A DNA stretch of 64,000 nucleotides from an uncultured delta proteobacterium. GTDB taxonomy: Bacteria > Myxococcota_A > Polyangia > Fen-1088. Under the pieces are notes generated by a model, which did no database searches, was not told where the DNA came from, and saw only the letters and a list, made by a program, of their open reading frames with translations. The stretch is taken from NCBI GenBank assembly GCA_963755125.1, contig CAVWIP010000010.1, positions 1 through 64,000 on the forward strand. Reading direction: 5' to 3'. The position numbers were made by a program, and so were the translations under genes. This document shows, in pieces, positions 57,445-64,000 of this stretch (positions within the stretch are counted from its first letter, which is position 1; the number at the start of each line of letters is the position of its first letter).

Positions 57445-57611
57445 GCTGCTTCCTCAGTCGGGGAAATGCCTCACTGGGCGAGGGAAACTTCGGCAGAACT
57501 GGATCAATTCCTAAACCCCATTGGAGCCCGAGCGTCCAGGGCCGCCGCCGTGCCACGATGCCAACCGTCTCGGACCACAGGTGAACGATCCGATGAGGTA
57601 GACTGCGTCCG

Positions 57612-58706
57612 ATGTCTCGGACGCTCCTTTCAGCGCTGAATGTCCGCCGCCTCCGCGCCCGACACGAGGCGCCGCTGAAGCGCGCCGCGTGCATGTTCCT
57701 GCACCGGTTCGGCGCGCTCAAGCCGGTTTCCTTCGTGCAGTGGCTGGCCACCAACCGGTGCAACTTCCGCTGCTGCTTCTGCGAAGCCTCGGCCGGCGAT
57801 GCCCTGGCCGACGAACTTTCCACCGACGAAGCCGAGGCGCTGATCGACGAACTTGCGGCGATGGGCGCCCGCCTGCTGATTTCCGGGGGCGAGCCTCTGA
57901 TGCGCGAGGATCTGCCGCGGTTGCTCAGGTATGCGCGCAAGCGGCGAGTGTCACTTGGCCTGGTGTCCAACGGGTACCTGGTTCCCTCGATGTGGTCCGA
58001 TGTGCGGGACATTCCTTGGTTTCTCTTCTTCACCAGCCTCGACGGGACGCGCGCGTACCACGACCAGAAGAGGGCGCCCGGCTCTTTCGACCGGGTCATC
58101 AAATCGCTGGAACTGTTTGCCGGACGGGAGGTGCCCCTGCGCATCGTCAACACTGTCGTTCACCGCGAAAACCTCGCGCTGCTGCCCGCCCTGCACACAG
58201 CGGTTCGTGCGTCGCGCGCCACGCGCTGGCACTTGACCCCGGCGGCGCCCCTGGGAAGAAACGCGGCCGGCGGATTCGGTCTCGACGCCTGCGGTCTGGA
58301 TGAACTCGGCGGATTCCTGCGCGCCGCCGCCACGACCGACGGGCTGCGGGTGGTTTTGGGGGAGTCCCACGGGTATCTTGGCCCGCTGCTGGGAGTCGAA
58401 GGTGGCAAGCCCTTTTTCTGCGGCGCGGGCCTCACCCGCTGCTCGATCCTGGCGGACGGGACGGTCCTTGGCTGCCAGCAGGTATACGACCGGCGACTGG
58501 CCGAGGGCAACGTCAGGGAGCAGCCGCTCGGGGCGATCTGGCGACGCGGTTTCAAGAGGTTCCGTCCCCGCGCGCTTCCCTCCTCATGTGCCGGATGTCC
58601 GCAGGCGCACTGTTGCGCCGGGGGCTGCTGGGCAGAGATGGAACTGCGCAGCCGCTGCCTGAAAGCGACCCTCGACGATGCCTCACGCGCGCCAGGGGAA
58701 GGTTGA
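57612..58706 (+). CDS. Radical SAM protein with SPASM domain
   Basis: CNFRCCFC, SGGEPL, SNG, SLDG..HD, CGAG..C..DG.V.GC, GNV, CAGC...CAGGC. Confidence 0.92.
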   Translation: MSRTLLSALNVRRLRARHEAPLKRAACMFLHRFGALKPVSFVQWLATNRCNFRCCFCEASAGDALADELSTDEAEALIDELAAMGARLLISGGEPLMREDLPRLLRYARKRRVSLGLVSNGYLVPSMWSDVRDIPWFLFFTSLDGTRAYHDQKRAPGSFDRVIKSLELFAGREVPLRIVNTVVHRENLALLPALHTAVRASRATRWHLTPAAPLGRNAAGGFGLDACGLDELGGFLRAAATTDGLRVVLGESHGYLGPLLGVEGGKPFFCGAGLTRCSILADGTVLGCQQVYDRRLAEGNVREQPLGAIWRRGFKRFRPRALPSSCAGCPQAHCCAGGCWAEMELRSRCLKATLDDASRAPGEG

Positions 58707-59683
58707 TGTCCCGTCTGTTGTTCGAGCCGGCCGCCGGTCCCCTGCTGACTCTCGCCGGACTGGCCAAGCGTCTCGTCCTTCTCGGCAGGACGAGACGGCT
58801 GCTCATGGCTCGCATCGTCGCCCCGGATGCCGACGCGCTCTACGCCGGGGAAGGTGAGAGCCTCGCCTGGCTCGCCCGGCTCCACGGCGCGCGCGTGGAG
58901 GACAGCCGACCGATACCCTGGACGCGATTGCGCCGCCTCGCCGATGAACGTGATGGCCTGTTCTACGTGGAGGTCAACCGCCTGCTGCGCCCATTCTTGC
59001 CCGCCGGGGGATTCTTCACCGTTCCCTGGATGCGTTTCACGGCGAAAATCAGTGCGGATGCCGGCCGGGGTGGAAAGAAACTGGTCGAGGCGACGTACGG
59101 GAGAAAGGTCCGGCAGCAGGGTTACACATCCCGCCTGGTCACGGGGCTACAGGCCGCGGAAGACTTCCATCGCGACTTCTACCTACCTTACGTCCTCTGG
59201 CGATTCGGCCGCGACACCCACCCGCGCAGTCGATGGGAAATACGCGCGGCCGTTCGCAACGGTTTCGTCCTGCAGATTCTCCAGGGCGAGATTCCGGTCG
59301 CCGCCGCCGCCTGCCGAGTCCGCCAGAGGTCGGTGACGCTTGTGGCCCTTGGTCTGCGCGGGGACTATGCCGACCTTCTCCACCGCGGAGCCCTGTCGGC
59401 GGTCTACTACGAACTTTTCCGCCGCGCGCGGGAAGACGGCCTCAGCCGGGTGGACCTTCTGCGCTCCCGGCCCCATGGCGAGGATGGCGTGTCCCTGCAC
59501 AAGCGGCGCTTCGGGGCGCTTCCGGAAAAGGATCCCTGGCCGCACGCCCTGCTGGCGATCTATCCCCCGGCCGGATCGAGACTTCCCCCTGCTGCGCGGG
59601 ATCTGCTGGTGGAGGATCCTCGCGGCGGCATGGTCAGGCTGGCCGACATCGCCGAAAGGGATCATGGGCCGCTCGCAAAGTGA
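58706..59683 (+). CDS. GNAT/FemAB-like acyltransferase-fold protein
   Basis: TGATG coupling to the rSAM gene; C-terminal AVYYELFRRAREDG..VDLLRSRP..DGVSLHKRRFGA resembles the FemAB/GNAT C-terminus. Confidence 0.55.
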   Translation: MSRLLFEPAAGPLLTLAGLAKRLVLLGRTRRLLMARIVAPDADALYAGEGESLAWLARLHGARVEDSRPIPWTRLRRLADERDGLFYVEVNRLLRPFLPAGGFFTVPWMRFTAKISADAGRGGKKLVEATYGRKVRQQGYTSRLVTGLQAAEDFHRDFYLPYVLWRFGRDTHPRSRWEIRAAVRNGFVLQILQGEIPVAAAACRVRQRSVTLVALGLRGDYADLLHRGALSAVYYELFRRAREDGLSRVDLLRSRPHGEDGVSLHKRRFGALPEKDPWPHALLAIYPPAGSRLPPAARDLLVEDPRGGMVRLADIAERDHGPLAK

Positions 59684-60449
59684 ATACGCGCCCGGGTTGC
59701 TCGATCGCATCGAACGATCGCTGTGGCGCCGATACAACGACATGGTGGTGGACGACTTCGTCACCCGCCGCCTCGGTTCGCCCGCTGGAGCGGTATTGAA
59801 GACGGATCTCTTCGAGGAGGCCCTGGGAAACGACTCCGTGGAAAGGGCGATTCCCGCGGCCTTCGTGGGTATGGATCTCTCGCTCACCATCCTGGGGGCG
59901 GCCCGGCGCCGAAGCCACGATGCGCCCATGCTGCGGGCCGATGTCCGGCATCTACCCTTTGCCAACGCCACCCTGGGCGGCGCGATCTCGACCTCCACGC
60001 TGGACCACTTCCGTGACCCGGGGGATCTCGCCCGTTCCCTGCGTGAACTCGGACGTGTCCTGCGGCCAGGGGCAAGGTTGCTCCTGACCCTGGACAACCC
60101 CGTGAACCCGCTGCTCGCGTCGCGAAACGCCCTGCCCCACTCCTTCCGGCGGTTGGTGGGGCTGACCCCTTACTACGTGGGGTACACCTGCGGCCCGGCG
60201 CGTGTGGAACGGCTGCTCAGCGACGCCGGCTTCGAGGTGCGCGAAACTGCGGCCATCCTGCATTTCCCCCGCATCATGGCCGCACTGCTCGGTCCGGCGT
60301 TGAGGCTGGCAGGACTGGGTCGCATCGAGGGAAGAACTCTCGGCCTGCTTCAGCACGCCGAGTTCCTGCGACGCTGGCCCATTCGCTGGTTCACCGGGCA
60401 CTATGTCGCAGTCGTGGCGGTGAGAAACTCCGACCTTCGGATAGGATAG
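59664..60449 (+). CDS. Class I SAM-dependent methyltransferase
   Basis: VLKTDL (atypical motif I), VGMDLS, ADVRHLPF, STLDHF, RVLRPGARLLL. Confidence 0.85.
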   Translation: MGRSQSEYAPGLLDRIERSLWRRYNDMVVDDFVTRRLGSPAGAVLKTDLFEEALGNDSVERAIPAAFVGMDLSLTILGAARRRSHDAPMLRADVRHLPFANATLGGAISTSTLDHFRDPGDLARSLRELGRVLRPGARLLLTLDNPVNPLLASRNALPHSFRRLVGLTPYYVGYTCGPARVERLLSDAGFEVRETAAILHFPRIMAALLGPALRLAGLGRIEGRTLGLLQHAEFLRRWPIRWFTGHYVAVVAVRNSDLRIG

Positions 60450-60526
60450 CGATGTCTTCCATGAAACAGTACCTGGCAACACTTCAGGTTAGCGCCCAGG
60501 GCATGACCGAAAAGGAGAACCCATCC

Positions 60527-61048
60527 ATGCGAATCAAATTTGCCATCCCATTCGTGGCGATTGCCCCGGTACTGCTGTCAGTCGCCTTTCCCCGAACCAG
60601 TGCCGCGCAGGTGAACCTTCAAGTCCAGATCGGCGCACCGACAATCCGGTTCGAAACCGCACCCGCTCTCGTCGAAGTCAGCCCCGGCATCCAGGTCGTA
60701 CCGGAATACGACCAGGAGGTCTTCTTCGTGGACGGCTGGTACTGGCACCGCGCGGGCCGCACGTGGTACCGCACGCGAGACCACCGGGGCGGCTGGGTCG
60801 TGGCCCACGGGCGAGAAGTCCCGCGAGGTTTGCTGCGCATTCCCCCCGGCAGGTATCGGCACTATCACGCCGAGGGTCCGCGCATGAACGAACCGCGGCG
60901 GGAGATGCGAGGGCACCGTGGCGAGGCCCAGTTCCAGCGGCGAGAACACGCGGAACACAACGACCGCGGCCGTTTCGACCGCCACGGCGACCACCAAGAT
61001 CGCAGGGAGCACAGGGAACACGGCGAATCGCACCACGGGCACCGCTAG
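60527..61048 (+). CDS. Secreted Trp/Tyr-rich protein with His/Arg-rich tail
   Basis: AAGGAG RBS, signal peptide, EVFFVDGWYW..WY..GGW, low-complexity HRE/HGE tail. Confidence 0.78.
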   Translation: MRIKFAIPFVAIAPVLLSVAFPRTSAAQVNLQVQIGAPTIRFETAPALVEVSPGIQVVPEYDQEVFFVDGWYWHRAGRTWYRTRDHRGGWVVAHGREVPRGLLRIPPGRYRHYHAEGPRMNEPRREMRGHRGEAQFQRREHAEHNDRGRFDRHGDHQDRREHREHGESHHGHR

Positions 61049-61128
61049 GCCACTACCGCTGTGCCGCGCAAGCAAGTGCTCACGACAGCAGGAACCTTCT
61101 CAGGCGCGCCTGCGCGCAAGTCGCCTGG

Positions 61129-62604
61129 CTACAGCAACACCGTCTCGCCCATGAGCGCGCGGTCGACGCCGCGGGCGGCTTGCCGGCCTTCCATGATGGC
61201 CCACACCACCAGGGACTGGCCGCGTACCATGTCGCCGGCGGCGAATACGCCGGGGAGGCTGGTCTGCTGGTATTCGTCGACCGCCACGTTGCCGCGGCCG
61301 TCGATGTCCACGCCCAGTTCGGTCAGCATGCCCTCGCGCTCGGGACCGACAAATCCCATGGCCAGCAGAACCAGATCGGCGGGGAGCGTGCGAACCGTGC
61401 CCGGGAACTCCTCAATCTTGGGCGGCCGTCGTTCGGGCTGGGGCACGAAACGAATGTCGGCGATCTCGATGCCTTGCACCTGACCTTCGCCCAGCAGGCG
61501 CCTGGTCTGCACGGAAAACAAACGCGGGTCCGCGCCGAACCGCGCCGCTGCCTCTTCCTGTCCGTAGTCGACGCGATAGATCTTGGGCCACAGCGGCCAT
61601 GGGTTGTCCATGGCACGCTGGTCCGGCGGCCGAGCCAGGATCTCCAGTTGCGTGACGCTCTTGCAGCCCTGACGAAGCGCTGTGCCCACGCAGTCATTGC
61701 CAGTGTCGCCGCCGCCGATCACAACGACGTGCTTGTCGCGCGCGTGGATTGGGCTAGCGCTGCCGCTATCGAGCAAGGCGCGGGTGTTGGCGACAAGGTA
61801 CTCCATGGCGAAGTGGACGCCGCGCAGATTGCGCCCTTCCACTGGCAAATCGCGCGGCTTGGCGGCACCTCCGCAAATGACCAGAGCGTCGTGAGTCGCG
61901 CGCAATTCGGACACTGGCATGGTCTTGCCCACCTCCACGCCTGTCCGGAAGCGCACGCCAGCCTCCTCCATCAGCTTGATCCGCCGATCGACCAAGCTCT
62001 TGTCCAGCTTCATGGCGGGAATGCCGTACATGAGCAGACCGCCCACCCGGTCAGCGCGCTCGTACACTGTGACCAGGTGCCCGGCGCGGTTCAGCTCCTC
62101 GGCGCAGGCCAGGCCCGCCGGGCCCGAGCCCACCACGCCCACCGTCTTGCCCGTTCGCTGCGACGGCGGCTGTGCCTTGACCCAGCCCTCGTCGAAACCG
62201 CGGTCGATGATGGCGCACTCGTTGACCTTGATGGTCACCGGCGGGGCACTGATGCCGAGCACGCAGGATCCCTCGCACGGGGCCGGGCACACCCGGCCAG
62301 TGAACTCGGGAAAGTTGTTGGTCCGGTGTAGCCGGTCCAGGGCTTCCCGCCAGCGCCCCTTGTAGATGAGGTCGTTCCACTCCGGGATCAGGTTGTGGGT
62401 TGGGCACCCGATGGCCAGCCCGTCCACCAGCTTGCCGGTATGGCAGAAGGGCACGCCGCAATCCATGCAGCGCGCGCCCTGCTCGCGCATGCTCGCCTCG
62501 GGCAAATGGCCCTTGAACTCGCGCCAGTCGGACAGCCGCTCGCGGGGTGCGCGGGTCAGCGGTGTAGTGCGGGGATATTCGAGAAATCCGGTGGGCTGTC
62601 CCAT
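61129..62604 (-). CDS. gltD: Glutamate synthase small subunit
   Basis: MGQPTGF, RCMDCGVPFC, TNNFPEFTGRVCPAPCE, GSGPAG, GGGDTGNDC, GQSLVVWAI. Confidence 0.96.
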   Translation of the reverse strand: MGQPTGFLEYPRTTPLTRAPRERLSDWREFKGHLPEASMREQGARCMDCGVPFCHTGKLVDGLAIGCPTHNLIPEWNDLIYKGRWREALDRLHRTNNFPEFTGRVCPAPCEGSCVLGISAPPVTIKVNECAIIDRGFDEGWVKAQPPSQRTGKTVGVVGSGPAGLACAEELNRAGHLVTVYERADRVGGLLMYGIPAMKLDKSLVDRRIKLMEEAGVRFRTGVEVGKTMPVSELRATHDALVICGGAAKPRDLPVEGRNLRGVHFAMEYLVANTRALLDSGSASPIHARDKHVVVIGGGDTGNDCVGTALRQGCKSVTQLEILARPPDQRAMDNPWPLWPKIYRVDYGQEEAAARFGADPRLFSVQTRRLLGEGQVQGIEIADIRFVPQPERRPPKIEEFPGTVRTLPADLVLLAMGFVGPEREGMLTELGVDIDGRGNVAVDEYQQTSLPGVFAAGDMVRGQSLVVWAIMEGRQAARGVDRALMGETVLL

Positions 62605-62605
62605 G

Positions 62606-64000
<1,395 letters not shown>

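Noticed and set aside
57445..57611. Cobalamin riboswitch or sigma54 promoter upstream of the TonB receptor
   Set aside because: No B12-box recognised; a TGGCAC is present but the -12 TTGC element is poor
60527..61048. His/Arg-rich protein as RiPP precursor for the rSAM operon
   Set aside because: It has a Sec signal peptide and its own RBS, is 173 aa, and resembles a common secreted Trp/Tyr-rich type rather than a leader-core peptide

Overview
GC-rich bacterial chromosomal window, most consistent with Myxococcota/Polyangia (CarD/CdnL, myxococcal Cys-rich repeat fibro-slime lipoprotein, Oar-like TonB-dependent receptor, sigma54-driven type IV pilin). The taxonomy is inferred from gene content only. 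Most genes are housekeeping: MacAB-type efflux with MarR, a topo IV-like A/B pair, ileS-lspA-lgt-lgt, pgsA, nadB, pilins, ligA, ribF, gdhA, feoAB, rlmI and gltBD. No tRNA, rRNA, CRISPR array or transposase was recognised. Main observations: (1) a modular palindromic repeat in three copies, with a covarying hairpin, one copy inserted in-frame (~45 codons) in the DNA ligase adenylation domain; (2) a complete but orphan LanB-type dehydratase at the end of a run of RNA-modification genes, with no LanC, YcaO or precursor visible; (3) a radical SAM/SPASM + GNAT/FemAB-like + methyltransferase operon facing a TonB receptor; (4) a stand-alone RelA/SpoT-type HD hydrolase with extra domains; (5) many -10-like hexamers 6-10 nt before start codons, suggesting leaderless mRNAs; (6) four GT-C-like membrane glycosyltransferases. 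Several start codons were moved from the ORF track using RBS or motif evidence.
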